Positions 36,879 to 47,099 of a DNA stretch of 64,000 bases are shown here, in pieces (the first letter of the stretch is position 1; each line of letters begins with the position of its first letter). The stretch covers positions 65,132 to 129,131 of the forward strand of contig JBGSJJ010000015.1 of NCBI GenBank assembly GCA_041742075.1, read 5' to 3'. The DNA is from Minisyncoccia bacterium (lineage in GTDB: Bacteria; Patescibacteriota; Minisyncoccia; Phycocordibacterales; UBA918). The notes below the pieces were generated by a model. That model was not told the DNA's origin. It did no database searches and saw nothing but the letters and a program-made list of their open reading frames with translations. A program made the position numbers and the translations under genes.

Positions 36879-38687
36879 TTAATTAGAAAAAGTAATGTCA
36901 TCTGCCATATTTTTTTCAAATTCTTCTCTTTCCAAAAAAGGAAACATGTCTTCAAGTGGCTTACTTACCATTGTGCCGTCAGCCAATTTTTCTGAATACA
37001 CTTTAGGCCATAGTGGTTGAGTAGGTGACATCTTTATGTTGCAGAGCACCGGTCCAGGATAACTTAAAGTCTCTTCTATTATTTGTTTTATATTGGAATG
37101 ATCATTTATCTCTAAGTAACCAATACCAAATGTCTTTGCAACATCCTTAAAATCTGGAAAGCTAACACCACTTTCTTCATCCACCGCTACTAAATTACCT
37201 CCAAAAAAGGAATTCTGGGTATTTTTAATGGCCAAATATCCATTATTGTTAATAAGAAATATTTTTAAAGGTATTTTGTAGTGCTTAATAGTTTGGAGTT
37301 CTTGCAAATTCATCATAATACTACCGTCTCCAGTCAATAATGTAATTCTATCTTTACCTGTCGCAAACCAACCTCCTATAGCTGAAGGCAAATCGTACCC
37401 CATAGAAGCACAACCTACACTGCTGAATAAACGTTGATCTTTCTGTACCTTAAATGACTGGAGAGTGCCCGTGAATGAAGTTCCAACTCCGGTCATAATG
37501 ATGTCACCTTCAGTCAAACAATCTGAAAGTACTTCAGTAAAATAGTAAGAATTGACGTATTCTTTTTCATCTTTATACGACGGTAAAATTACCGGATATT
37601 TCTCCTTCCAGTCAATCACACGAGTAATCCAAGCGTCAATATCTGTTTTCTTTTCAGCACTGGTTAATAATTCAGTAATAAAAAGCTTTGCGTCACAATG
37701 TATAGCTACATCAGGGACAACAGTTTTTTTATTTAATTCATTTATGTCGATTTCAACAACTACTTTTGTAGCATTTCGAGCAAACTCCTTGTAGTTGTAG
37801 CCTACATTCCATAAGTGATGACGTGCTCCAATACTGATAAGCAAATCAGCGTTTTGAATAGCGAAGTTACCTGCACGGTCTCCAAATACACCTGGTCTAC
37901 CAGCAAACAGTCTATGATTTGTAGGAATGAGATCATGGGCTGCCATTGCAGTAAGTATCGGAACGTTCAGTTTTTCTGCCAGCTCTAGAAATTCTTTATG
38001 AGCTCCTGATAAACGAATCCCGTACCCAGCAAAGATTAATGGTTTCCGAGCATTTTTAATGAGCGATAACACATGAGTCATCTGATCCTTAAACTCAGGC
38101 GATACTGGAACCAGTAAATTCTCCTTTTCAGGATCAAAAGACTTAATTGCATCTAGATCAACCTCACACGTCTGAATATCAGAGGGAATATCTAATAAAA
38201 CAGGGCCAGGACGCCCTGATTTTGCCAGAAATACTGCCTTTTCTAAATGATATCGAATATCATTTGGATCATCCACAATTTCACAATACTTTGTGATAGG
38301 TTTAGCTATATCAACAATATTTATTTCTTGTACTCCCAACTGACGTAAGTCTGTATTTGTCATCATAACTTCTCGTTTGACTTGTCCAGACAAATATAGA
38401 GTAGCGATTGAATCAGTCCAAGCCCCCATAATGCCAGTTAGAGTGTTAGTAGCAGCCGGGCCGACAGTGGTCACACATACACCAATGTTTCCCCCTACTC
38501 GACCATAGGCTTCAGCAGCCATTGCACAGGCTTGTTCATGGTGGTTAGAAATATTCAATAAATCTTTATGTTTACTGATGGCATCAATCATGCTGACATT
38601 ACCGCCACCAGGAATTAAAAAAACATGTTTCACCCCCAGAGAAGCAATATAATTGGCAATATAATCAGAAACTTTTATTTTTCTCAT
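36879..38687 (-). CDS. Thiamine-diphosphate-dependent carboligase, YerE-like
   Basis: HHEQACAMAAEAY, GRPGPVLLDIP, SMGYDLP, TGDGSIMMNLQEL..NNNGY, C-terminal MVSKPLEDMFPFL; lies in a CDP-sugar block. Confidence 0.8.
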   Translation of the reverse strand: MRKIKVSDYIANYIASLGVKHVFLIPGGGNVSMIDAISKHKDLLNISNHHEQACAMAAEAYGRVGGNIGVCVTTVGPAATNTLTGIMGAWTDSIATLYLSGQVKREVMMTNTDLRQLGVQEINIVDIAKPITKYCEIVDDPNDIRYHLEKAVFLAKSGRPGPVLLDIPSDIQTCEVDLDAIKSFDPEKENLLVPVSPEFKDQMTHVLSLIKNARKPLIFAGYGIRLSGAHKEFLELAEKLNVPILTAMAAHDLIPTNHRLFAGRPGVFGDRAGNFAIQNADLLISIGARHHLWNVGYNYKEFARNATKVVVEIDINELNKKTVVPDVAIHCDAKLFITELLTSAEKKTDIDAWITRVIDWKEKYPVILPSYKDEKEYVNSYYFTEVLSDCLTEGDIIMTGVGTSFTGTLQSFKVQKDQRLFSSVGCASMGYDLPSAIGGWFATGKDRITLLTGDGSIMMNLQELQTIKHYKIPLKIFLINNNGYLAIKNTQNSFFGGNLVAVDEESGVSFPDFKDVAKTFGIGYLEINDHSNIKQIIEETLSYPGPVLCNIKMSPTQPLWPKVYSEKLADGTMVSKPLEDMFPFLEREEFEKNMADDITFSN

Positions 38688-38691
38688 ACAT

Positions 38692-39459
38692 TCAGTGAAT
38701 AGTTAACACAGTAAATATATCATTTGTTGGTTTTAAATTCTCATAGTGTTCCAAAAACCACTCTCCTGAGCAAATATCACCGACAGACAACACGACTTCC
38801 CCGCTATTATCTAAAACATCTGTATCAAGAAAACTAATAGTACAAAAATGCTTTTGTTTCACTTCTTCATAAAAACTCCCCCAATCTTCTCGATTATGGA
38901 GCACAACATTACTATTCTTTATTACTTTTTGAATTATCTTACGCTCTTCATAAATATCATTATGAAAATCATGATACTCATAATCTTGTGTATTAACTGA
39001 TAACTCCTTGCCAGCCTCATATCCCTTATTTTCTCTACCGTATTTATCTTGCAATCTCACTAAATCGGTTTTTTCTGGCGGACTTTCAATTTCCATTATA
39101 AATGCCCCATCCTCACAGTCTGACGCAGTAGAGTGAAAGGTGGCTTTATCAATCATAATGCAATCTCGACAGGTGAGACTGTGAATATCGCACAAAGACG
39201 ATGTTTTTACTGATCCATCCAAAACATAGAGCGAGGTCTTCTTTTTTGGATGACAGTGCATTGATGTCTGAGATCCCCCTTTTAAAAATAAAATCCAGAT
39301 TGCGACATGATCATTTTCAAATAACAAATACTCATACCCCCAAGGTTTATTTACTACAATACCTTTATAGTCAAATTTCTCTGGTGCAGATATCTGACCT
39401 GTCTCCCTTAAAGATAATTCGTTTACATCTGTTTGGTTTTGGGCAATTTTTTTAATCAT
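38692..39459 (-). CDS. Cupin (PMI C-domain-like) protein
   Basis: KPWGYE, SMHCHPKK, DLVRLQDKYGR. Confidence 0.75.
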   Translation of the reverse strand: MIKKIAQNQTDVNELSLRETGQISAPEKFDYKGIVVNKPWGYEYLLFENDHVAIWILFLKGGSQTSMHCHPKKKTSLYVLDGSVKTSSLCDIHSLTCRDCIMIDKATFHSTASDCEDGAFIMEIESPPEKTDLVRLQDKYGRENKGYEAGKELSVNTQDYEYHDFHNDIYEERKIIQKVIKNSNVVLHNREDWGSFYEEVKQKHFCTISFLDTDVLDNSGEVVLSVGDICSGEWFLEHYENLKPTNDIFTVLTIH

Positions 39460-39511
39460 CGTTATCTAAATACTAAACTTCAATTTCCTAAAGCAAAATA
39501 ATAAAAATAAA

Positions 39512-40282
39512 CTATTTCCACAACCTCCATGGAGCTTGATTGTTCTTCCACATCTCTTCGAGTTTGTTTTTGTCGTTTAAGCTATCCATCGGCTTCCAAA
39601 AACCGTCATGATTGAATGCTTTAAGCTCACCTAAAGTAGCAAGTTTTTCCAGCGGATCCTTTTCAAAAATTGTTTCGTCATTTTCAAGATACTTAAACAC
39701 CTCTGGTTGAAGTACAAAGAACCCCCCATTGACACGATTTTTGTTGTCAGTCTTTTCACTAAAAGAAGTCACTGACGATTTGTCATTAATAGACAGTACA
39801 CCAAACTTACCTTCTGGCACTACTGCTGTGACTGTGGCAAGCTTTTTGTGTGCTTTGTGCGCTTCTACGAGAGCTTTAATGTCTACATTTGAGACACCAT
39901 CACCATAGGTAAGCATAAAGGTCTCGTTACCTATGTACTCTTCTACACGTTTGACCCTGCCACCGGTCATAGTATGTTCCCCGGTATCAACAAGAGTAAC
40001 TTTCCATTTTTCACTTCGGTTTTTGTGAAAAGTCGTTGTGTTGTGCTCCAAGTCAATCGTCGCATCGTTGGTATGTAAATAGTAGTTATTGAACCACTCT
40101 TTTATGTAGTAGCCCTTGTAACCAAGACAAATCACAAAGTCATTAAAGCCGTAATGGGAATAGATTTTCATGATGTGCCAAAGAATTGGCTTACCACCAA
40201 TTTCAACCATCGGTTTCGGGCGCAAATGCGTCTCTTCGCTAATTCGCGTTCCGTATCCTCCAGCTAAAATAACAACTTTCAT
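39512..40282 (-). CDS. rfbF: Glucose-1-phosphate cytidylyltransferase
   Basis: LAGGYGTRISEET, PKPMVEIG, TMTGGR, LTYGDG, FWKPMD. Confidence 0.95.
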   Translation of the reverse strand: MKVVILAGGYGTRISEETHLRPKPMVEIGGKPILWHIMKIYSHYGFNDFVICLGYKGYYIKEWFNNYYLHTNDATIDLEHNTTTFHKNRSEKWKVTLVDTGEHTMTGGRVKRVEEYIGNETFMLTYGDGVSNVDIKALVEAHKAHKKLATVTAVVPEGKFGVLSINDKSSVTSFSEKTDNKNRVNGGFFVLQPEVFKYLENDETIFEKDPLEKLATLGELKAFNHDGFWKPMDSLNDKNKLEEMWKNNQAPWRLWK

Positions 40283-41349
40283 GAAATATTAAAAAAAGAT
40301 TTAATTTGACTACTCGTAATGGCTTTTACATCCCCTCGTTCGTAATACTCTTTATACCACAAAGCAGTGTCATTAATGGTTTGTTTATAGGTTAACGTAG
40401 GTTGCCACCCAAGCTCAGTGATTGCTTTTGATACATCGAGCCGTAAAAGGTGCGTTTCGTGTAAGTCTGGTTGGGGTTCAATTAAAACAGATCCTCGACC
40501 GATGTGTTCCAACATGGTCCGAGTTACCGACTCAACACTCTCAAAACTCTCTGATAGTGGACCGAAGTTCCAAGCTTCAGCACATCTTGTTTGACCTGCA
40601 AACAACCGCTGGCCGAGCAGGAGATAACCTGAGAGTGGCTCAAGCACATGCTCCCACGGTCGTACCGCTTTAGGGTACCTCAGTAAGACCGGTACGCTTT
40701 TCTCATAAACCGATCGCATAATTTCTGGTATCAGTCGGTCGACTGACCAATCCCCACCTCCAATAACGTTACCAGCTCGAGCAATAGCCACAAGCGTGTC
40801 ATGTTTAATCTTGTAATCTTTCGGATTAAAAAATGACTGCATGTATGACTGAGCGATAATGTCTGCTGCTGCCTTACTCGCACTATACGGGTCGTACCCA
40901 CCAAGCATATCTATTTCACGATACGGATATACCCAATCCTGATCTTTATATACTTTGTCAGTCGTAACTACGACCACTGCTTTTACTGTATTCACCTGCT
41001 TAATGGCATCAAGCACACTTGCAGTACCTGTAGCGTTAGTTGAAAACGTCAAAAGTGGTTCATCATAACTGCGTCTAACTAAGGGCTGAGCGGCTAAATG
41101 AAAAACAATTTCGGGTTGTTCTTGAATAAGTATTTGCTTGAAATTAGCTGTATCACGAATATCACAAAAATAACTGGCGATTTTACGTTGGTGCCCAAGG
41201 AGGGTAAAAAGATTTGGATTAGCGGCTGGGGCCAAAGCTACCCCGACTACCTCCGCCTCCCACTGTAAAAGTATCTCAGTCAGCCATGACCCCTTAAAAC
41301 CCGTATGGCCGGTAATCAGCACCCTTTTCCCGCGGTAAAAATCCTTCAT
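40279..41349 (-). CDS. rfbG: CDP-glucose 4,6-dehydratase
   Basis: TGHTGFKGSWL, HLAAQPLVRRSY, TTDKVY, DPYSASK, RAGNVIGGGDW; start moved to ATG 41349. Confidence 0.95.
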   Translation of the reverse strand: MKDFYRGKRVLITGHTGFKGSWLTEILLQWEAEVVGVALAPAANPNLFTLLGHQRKIASYFCDIRDTANFKQILIQEQPEIVFHLAAQPLVRRSYDEPLLTFSTNATGTASVLDAIKQVNTVKAVVVVTTDKVYKDQDWVYPYREIDMLGGYDPYSASKAAADIIAQSYMQSFFNPKDYKIKHDTLVAIARAGNVIGGGDWSVDRLIPEIMRSVYEKSVPVLLRYPKAVRPWEHVLEPLSGYLLLGQRLFAGQTRCAEAWNFGPLSESFESVESVTRTMLEHIGRGSVLIEPQPDLHETHLLRLDVSKAITELGWQPTLTYKQTINDTALWYKEYYERGDVKAITSSQIKSFFNIS

Positions 41350-41445
41350 ATATTGTATAACCCCAAAAGTAGCTTGAAGTATACAGATAGAGTGTATATC
41401 TGCAACCTGCACGAACCAAATCGGATATTGATGTACATTTGAGCC

Positions 41446-41476
41446 AAAAAGAACCCCACGAGTATAAATCGTGGGG
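41446..41476 (-). terminator. Intrinsic terminator after the DUF218-like gene
   Basis: CCCCACGA / TCGTGGGG followed by TTCTTTTT on the - strand. Confidence 0.7.
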
Positions 41477-41532
41477 AAATGAGTTTATGTGGTTGTGGTA
41501 AGTGGTTACGTCCCGCTCTGATTCTGGTTTAG

Positions 41533-42210
41533 CTACAACGAGTCACGCGTGCGGAAATACTCAATGAGCTCTTCCAGGGTGGCGTGCGGGGTGAACGTCG
41601 CACTATCCCTGTCAGCGTACCTAATCACGCGGTCAAACTCTTCGCGCATGTGAACGTCGATGAGTGTACCTGAGAATGGAGTTCCATTGAGGACACCCTT
41701 CGTCGCAATCATCTGCCAATTGATGGTCGCAAGAGTCCTGGTGTAAACCTTCAATTTTGAACTGGCCCGCTCCAAGCAGAACACCATTTGGAGCATACAT
41801 CGCAGAATGTGATGCGGATAACTCATGATAGTCAAACTTTCCCAGCCATTCTCTTCTGCCAGTTTAATCAGGTTGGCGCTCTCTGTCGCCGTATACTTCG
41901 ACGGCTGGATCATGAGAAAATCTTCGCAACCCAAATCATAGAGTACTCTACCCCATGTACCAGAGCCTGGATACGCTAAACGCTGGCCGTTTGGCCAACA
42001 CTCCGCGTCCGAAAGACCATTAATTACGACACAACCTGTTTCACCTACACGGGACATTTGAACTGCTGTACGCAGAAGTTCGGTGTCAATTTCATCGTTC
42101 GCTGCCGGTGAGCCATGAACGAACACGGCGTCGGTTTTTTCACGCCTATCAAGGAGCACGAGAAGTTGCGCTCGAGCGTAGTTGAGCGGATCAATTGAGT
42201 AAACGGTCAT
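41533..42210 (-). CDS. YdcF/DUF218-like protein
   Basis: DAVFVHG...SKYTATESAN...GWESLTIMSYPHHILR. Confidence 0.6.
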   Translation of the reverse strand: MTVYSIDPLNYARAQLLVLLDRREKTDAVFVHGSPAANDEIDTELLRTAVQMSRVGETGCVVINGLSDAECWPNGQRLAYPGSGTWGRVLYDLGCEDFLMIQPSKYTATESANLIKLAEENGWESLTIMSYPHHILRCMLQMVFCLERASSKLKVYTRTLATINWQMIATKGVLNGTPFSGTLIDVHMREEFDRVIRYADRDSATFTPHATLEELIEYFRTRDSL

Positions 42211-42494
42211 CCATTAACCTTTCGTGTTAGTGAACTTCAAGATGGATATCTTTCTCTCTTGATTCATAACACAATATATCAATATAGTCAATTCCTAGTC
42301 ACTACCTACCCAATTCTTAAGAAAGAATTTCTACCTCAAGAATCTGCAACTTTTTAAGTGTCTCGACGATTATAAAAGAGGTGAATCAAAATGATTGCTA
42401 TGTGAGGCTTTCAGTTCGGTACAATATTTGTGTAAACTCTCTTTTCTGTTACAATTTTGATGCAAAAAGTATATTAAAAACTCTAAAATAACCT

Positions 42495-43733
42495 ATGGCA
42501 ACAAAAAAAACTCCACCTGCAAAAAATAAACTACGTGTGCCCTATGGTTTCTCTGTCCATGGCCAAGAAGAAATCGATGCAGTTGTTGAAGTTCTCAAAG
42601 GTAACACCGCACTTGGTGAAAAAACTCAAGTTTTTGAAGAACGAATTGCCAAGATGTTTGGTAAAAAATACGGTGTAATGGTGAACTCTGGTTCGTCAGC
42701 TAACTTGCTCGCTTTTGAACTACTGCAATTACCACCTGGCTCTGAAGTCATTACCCCTATCTTAAGTTTTGCCACGGTGGTTGGTCCGATTGTTCAAAAA
42801 GGACTGACTCCGGTCTTTGTTGATGTTGATCCAGACACCTATAACGTAAATGTAGACGCAGTTGAGAAAGCTATCAGTAAAAAAACTAAGGCGCTCATGA
42901 TTCCTTCACTCATGGGTAACATTCCTGACCTGCCAAGACTCCACACCTTAGCGAAAAAGCACAAACTCGTTTTGATTGAAGACTCTTGCGATACGCTTGG
43001 TGGCACCATCAACAAAAAGCCAACTGGTATGTTTTCGGATATATCTATCACAAGCTTCTATGGTTCTCACATCATCAATGGAGCTGGTGGCGGAGGTATC
43101 ATCATGGTCAACAACCCAGAGTGGGCCAATCGTCTTAAGGTACTTCGTGGTTGGGGGCGCCAGTCTTCCCTGTTTGGTGAAAAGGGTAATTCTGAATTAC
43201 TTAAGAATCGCTTCAATACAAAACTAAATGGCATAGCGTATGATGCCAAGTTTATTTTTAGTTCAATCGGCTACAACTTTTTACCGCTCGAGATTTCTTC
43301 AGCCTTTGCTTTAGCACAACTAAAAAGATTGCCTGGCTTTCTCGCGTTACGCCTGAAGCACTACAATCGACTCTACGAATTCTTTAGTGGTCACCAAGAC
43401 TTCTTTATCCTGCCACGCCAAACCCCGGCTACAACAACTGCTTGGCTGGCGTTCCCACTCATCATCAAACCAAAAGCTCCCTTCACTCGACTAGAATTAG
43501 TTACATTTTTAGAAGAGCAAAACATTCAAACCCGTCCTGTCTTTACCGGCAACATCCTCAAGCAACCAGGTTTTAAGAGGATAGCCCACCGAAAAGCGAC
43601 ACCAACTTTCCCAAACACCGAACTCGTTATGAGAAATGCTTTTGTGGTTGGTTGCCACCAAGGACTCACGGAGGAACAGATTACGTATATGCAAAATTGC
43701 TTTGAAACGTTTTTAGCGAAATACAAAAAGTAA
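42495..43733 (+). CDS. DegT-superfamily PMP-dependent sugar 3-dehydratase-like enzyme (RfbH/ColD-like)
   Basis: NSGSSANL, EDSCD, SFYGSH (His at the usual Lys position), GYN, QTRPVFTGNI. Confidence 0.8.
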   Translation: MATKKTPPAKNKLRVPYGFSVHGQEEIDAVVEVLKGNTALGEKTQVFEERIAKMFGKKYGVMVNSGSSANLLAFELLQLPPGSEVITPILSFATVVGPIVQKGLTPVFVDVDPDTYNVNVDAVEKAISKKTKALMIPSLMGNIPDLPRLHTLAKKHKLVLIEDSCDTLGGTINKKPTGMFSDISITSFYGSHIINGAGGGGIIMVNNPEWANRLKVLRGWGRQSSLFGEKGNSELLKNRFNTKLNGIAYDAKFIFSSIGYNFLPLEISSAFALAQLKRLPGFLALRLKHYNRLYEFFSGHQDFFILPRQTPATTTAWLAFPLIIKPKAPFTRLELVTFLEEQNIQTRPVFTGNILKQPGFKRIAHRKATPTFPNTELVMRNAFVVGCHQGLTEEQITYMQNCFETFLAKYKK

Positions 43734-43743
43734 CATCGCTTCT

Positions 43744-44727
43744 ATGAGCTCTCCAGTTTTAAGTATCTGTATACCGACCTATAATCGGTCCCATTACCTC
43801 AAGCGATGTCTCGATAACATTGTTGAGCATTTTAAACAAAACCCCGAACTTAAAAACATGGTAGAAGTGGTCGTTTCTGATAACTGCAGTACCGATGAGA
43901 CAGGAGTAATTGTCCACTCATTCGCAGAAAAAATACCTCTTTTGGTCTACACGCGAAACCAGGAGAATATTGGGTTTGACCGCAACATCAAAGAAGTTGT
44001 TACTAAAGCCAGTGGCCGGTATTGCTGGTACTTAGGTGACGATGACCTAATTATTCCTGGCGCTTTAAAAGTTGTCTTCGATAAATTTGCTACCAACAAG
44101 TACGATCTCATCACGATGAACTCTCTTCCTTTATGGGATGTGAGTGGTATTATTCCGCCACAAAGCTACACAGAAGAAAGTTTTGTTGAACTTCAAGATC
44201 ATAACGAATTCTATTTTCGTGTCTACTGCCAGGGGGGTGTCAGTGTCCTCGCTTTCTCTCGAGAGCTTTGGCTTCAGCTCGTAACAATGGAAAATTATTT
44301 GGAGCATTGGCTCTACTATGAAAATGTGCTGAAAATTCTTGCGAACTCCAACAAACCAAAAGTATTTGTTGCTACTCCCGTTATTGCCACTGGGCAAGAT
44401 TGTCGCTGGGCTGAGAATGGTACGGAATTATTTACTTTTGTGAACTCTATAGTTTTGTTACAAAGAATGACTAGCTATGGATTTGATAAGGGGCGTATTC
44501 AAAATGATGTAGCTCGAAATAGTAAGTTCCTGATTATTATGGTACTAAGAGCTAAAGGGCATGGACTTGCGTGCAATCGGAAAAATTTTAAGTATATGTA
44601 CACACATATGAAAAAGCTTGTTCCAATTCGGTTACTCATAGCTTCAGCCATTTTTTTTATTCCAAACAAACTCATTGTTTTAGTTCGAGACCTGAGAAAA
44701 ACTCTTTTTAATCTAAAGAAAGCTTAA
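43744..44727 (+). CDS. GT2 glycosyltransferase (RfbV/abequosyltransferase-like)
   Basis: LSICIPTYNR, SDNCSTD, NIGFDRN, WYLGDDD. Confidence 0.85.
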   Translation: MSSPVLSICIPTYNRSHYLKRCLDNIVEHFKQNPELKNMVEVVVSDNCSTDETGVIVHSFAEKIPLLVYTRNQENIGFDRNIKEVVTKASGRYCWYLGDDDLIIPGALKVVFDKFATNKYDLITMNSLPLWDVSGIIPPQSYTEESFVELQDHNEFYFRVYCQGGVSVLAFSRELWLQLVTMENYLEHWLYYENVLKILANSNKPKVFVATPVIATGQDCRWAENGTELFTFVNSIVLLQRMTSYGFDKGRIQNDVARNSKFLIIMVLRAKGHGLACNRKNFKYMYTHMKKLVPIRLLIASAIFFIPNKLIVLVRDLRKTLFNLKKA

Positions 44728-44880
44728 TGGCTAAATATCATTCAGAAGTTTTGTGTATCGAGGGATCTGGCTGGATATAGGCTTTTAAAGCAGTCTGGAT
44801 ATAGATAGGTATTTTGGGATAACTTAAAGAGCTACTATAAACTTACGAAAAACTTTACTAGACCGGCAAGAAAAAAACAT

Positions 44881-45921
44881 ATGCAAAAATTCAACAAAAT
44901 TGTCGTGATGCCAGTACGAAATGAAGAGTGGATACTTGAGAAGACCCTCTCGGTCTTGTCATTATTTGCTGACTACATCATTGTGGCCGATCATAATTCT
45001 ACCGACAGAACAGCCGAAATCTGTAGTAAATTTCCCAAGGTAAGGGTTATAAAAAACGACGCAAAATTTCAGTCGAGCCATATTAGAGGGACGTTACTTG
45101 AAAAAGCGCGAGAGATTGAGGGTAACAACGTCATATTTAGTATCGATGCCGATGAGGTTCCGACAGCAGATATACTAAATGACGAGTTCTGGAAAGAGAT
45201 AGAAAAGATGCCACCTGGTACTGCCATTGAGATGCAGTGGATCAATCTTTGGCGATCATTTACAGAATACCGAGACGACAATTCAGTCTGGGCAAACAGC
45301 TATAAAGTTTTTGGGTTTGTTGATGACCGCCAGTCAAACTTTGTAAGTAAAGCTGGAGACTATGACCATGTATCGAGGGTACCTATTGATGTACTCAAGA
45401 ATATAAAGCGACTTGAAAGTCCTAAGGTCATTCATTTTCAATTTATTGACTGGGAAAAAGTACTCGTGAAGCAGGCTCACTATCGAGTGATTGAATACCT
45501 ACAGAGAAAAAAGGGTTTCATGAATGCTTTTAAAATAAACGTGCGCTATTACTCCTACCGGGAAGACAAAGATGTGAAAACTTCTCCCGTTCCCACTTCC
45601 TGGCTTCATGAGTACGAGCAAAAAGGGCTCGACCTGTGGCATTTCCCAAAAAATAAACTTTCTTGGCTTGATGTTGACACCCTCAAGTTTTTTAAAGAGC
45701 ACAGCCCTCAGCATTTTAGATGGCTTGACGTTTGGGACATAGACTGGGAAACAAAACGACTCCTCGCACTACACGAGGGTATCGATAGTGTCCCTACGGG
45801 TCCTATTATCGATCCTCGGTCATGGTACATACGATACTATCACTCATATGTCCAACAATTTTTTAGTTATAATAGTGTATTGTACAGAGCTTATCGGTAT
45901 AGTATAAAATTTGTTAAATAA
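44881..45921 (+). CDS. GT2 glycosyltransferase
   Basis: PVRNEE, DHNSTDRT, IDADE. Confidence 0.85.
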   Translation: MQKFNKIVVMPVRNEEWILEKTLSVLSLFADYIIVADHNSTDRTAEICSKFPKVRVIKNDAKFQSSHIRGTLLEKAREIEGNNVIFSIDADEVPTADILNDEFWKEIEKMPPGTAIEMQWINLWRSFTEYRDDNSVWANSYKVFGFVDDRQSNFVSKAGDYDHVSRVPIDVLKNIKRLESPKVIHFQFIDWEKVLVKQAHYRVIEYLQRKKGFMNAFKINVRYYSYREDKDVKTSPVPTSWLHEYEQKGLDLWHFPKNKLSWLDVDTLKFFKEHSPQHFRWLDVWDIDWETKRLLALHEGIDSVPTGPIIDPRSWYIRYYHSYVQQFFSYNSVLYRAYRYSIKFVK

Positions 45922-45950
45922 TAAGCCTCCAATTAGGCAAGAAACATCAT

Positions 45951-47066
45951 ATGGAAAAAACTAAAAGCTATTGGTTTGGCAAAAGAGTGCTTGTTACAGG
46001 AGGAGACGGTTTCCTGGCAACACACTTAACAAAAACACTCTTAAAAGAAGGTGCGATGGTTACTATTACCGTTCGCCATAAGCGACCATTTACTACGGCT
46101 GAACTACTAACAGACACCGAGGAAAATGTTGGTACTCCCGATATTGAACATTTTGACATTCTTGACTTGACTGCTCTGCGAAGAGTTTGTGAGCGGCACC
46201 AGATAGACACCATATTTCACTTAGCTGCATCCGCTATTGTTTCAGACGCAGCCAATTCCCCATTTTCAACAATGGAAAACAATGTAGTTGGTACACTCAA
46301 TATTCTTGAAGTAGCCCGCATCAATAAAATACCAAGAGTCCTGATTGCCTCTTCAGACAAGTCCTATGGAGACCACTATAAAGATGACAAGGAAGGATTG
46401 CCGTACAGAGAAAGCTATGCGCTTCGAGGACTCGATGTCTATAGTTCTTCTAAGGTGTGTACTGACATGATTACTCAGACTTATTCCTACCAATTTAAAA
46501 TACCCGCGATTATTACCAGAGCCTGCAATATGTATGGCCCAGGAGATTTAAACTTTTCACGTCTCATTCCAAAAACGTCGATGTGCCTTCTTGCTAGCAA
46601 GCCGCCCATGATTAATGAAGGGAGTGCAAACGTTTTGCGAGAATACATTTATGTAGATGATGTAGTTAACGCATACATGTTTCTTATGGAGAATGTTGCT
46701 GACTATTACGGAGAGAATAACGTAAACATGCCTCGGGATGGCAAAACAACGTATGGTTGGGCAGCCTTTAATGTGGGGAGTTATGGAGCTGAAGAAATTA
46801 AGTCTGTTGAAAAATGCGCAAACATAAAGAGTGTTACTGACGTGATAAATCTCCTTCGAACTAAAATCGCAGACGTTGAGCCAACAGTCCAGGGTCGCCC
46901 CGATAATTTTATCGAAATTCCTGATCAATTTCTTGATTCTTCAAAGCTGATTAATTTCGGCTTCAAGACCAAAACCTCGTTTGAAGAGGGTCTCGGTAAA
47001 ACAGTAGACTGGTACGCAAAAAATTATGCAGTGCTCGAGAATATGGCTTTCAAGTATACCAAATAA
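45951..47066 (+). CDS. NAD-dependent sugar dehydratase/epimerase (RfbG-like paralog)
   Basis: VTGGDGF, HLAA, SSDKSYG, YSSSK, NMYGPGD. Confidence 0.85.
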   Translation: MEKTKSYWFGKRVLVTGGDGFLATHLTKTLLKEGAMVTITVRHKRPFTTAELLTDTEENVGTPDIEHFDILDLTALRRVCERHQIDTIFHLAASAIVSDAANSPFSTMENNVVGTLNILEVARINKIPRVLIASSDKSYGDHYKDDKEGLPYRESYALRGLDVYSSSKVCTDMITQTYSYQFKIPAIITRACNMYGPGDLNFSRLIPKTSMCLLASKPPMINEGSANVLREYIYVDDVVNAYMFLMENVADYYGENNVNMPRDGKTTYGWAAFNVGSYGAEEIKSVEKCANIKSVTDVINLLRTKIADVEPTVQGRPDNFIEIPDQFLDSSKLINFGFKTKTSFEEGLGKTVDWYAKNYAVLENMAFKYTK

Positions 47067-47099
47067 TATTGCAGACGTTAACTATAGTGTAAAAAACTC

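Noticed and set aside
36879-38687. Acetolactate synthase (ilvB) for amino-acid synthesis
   Set aside because: No ilvN/C/D nearby; the rfbF/G context and C-terminal motif favour a YerE-like role.
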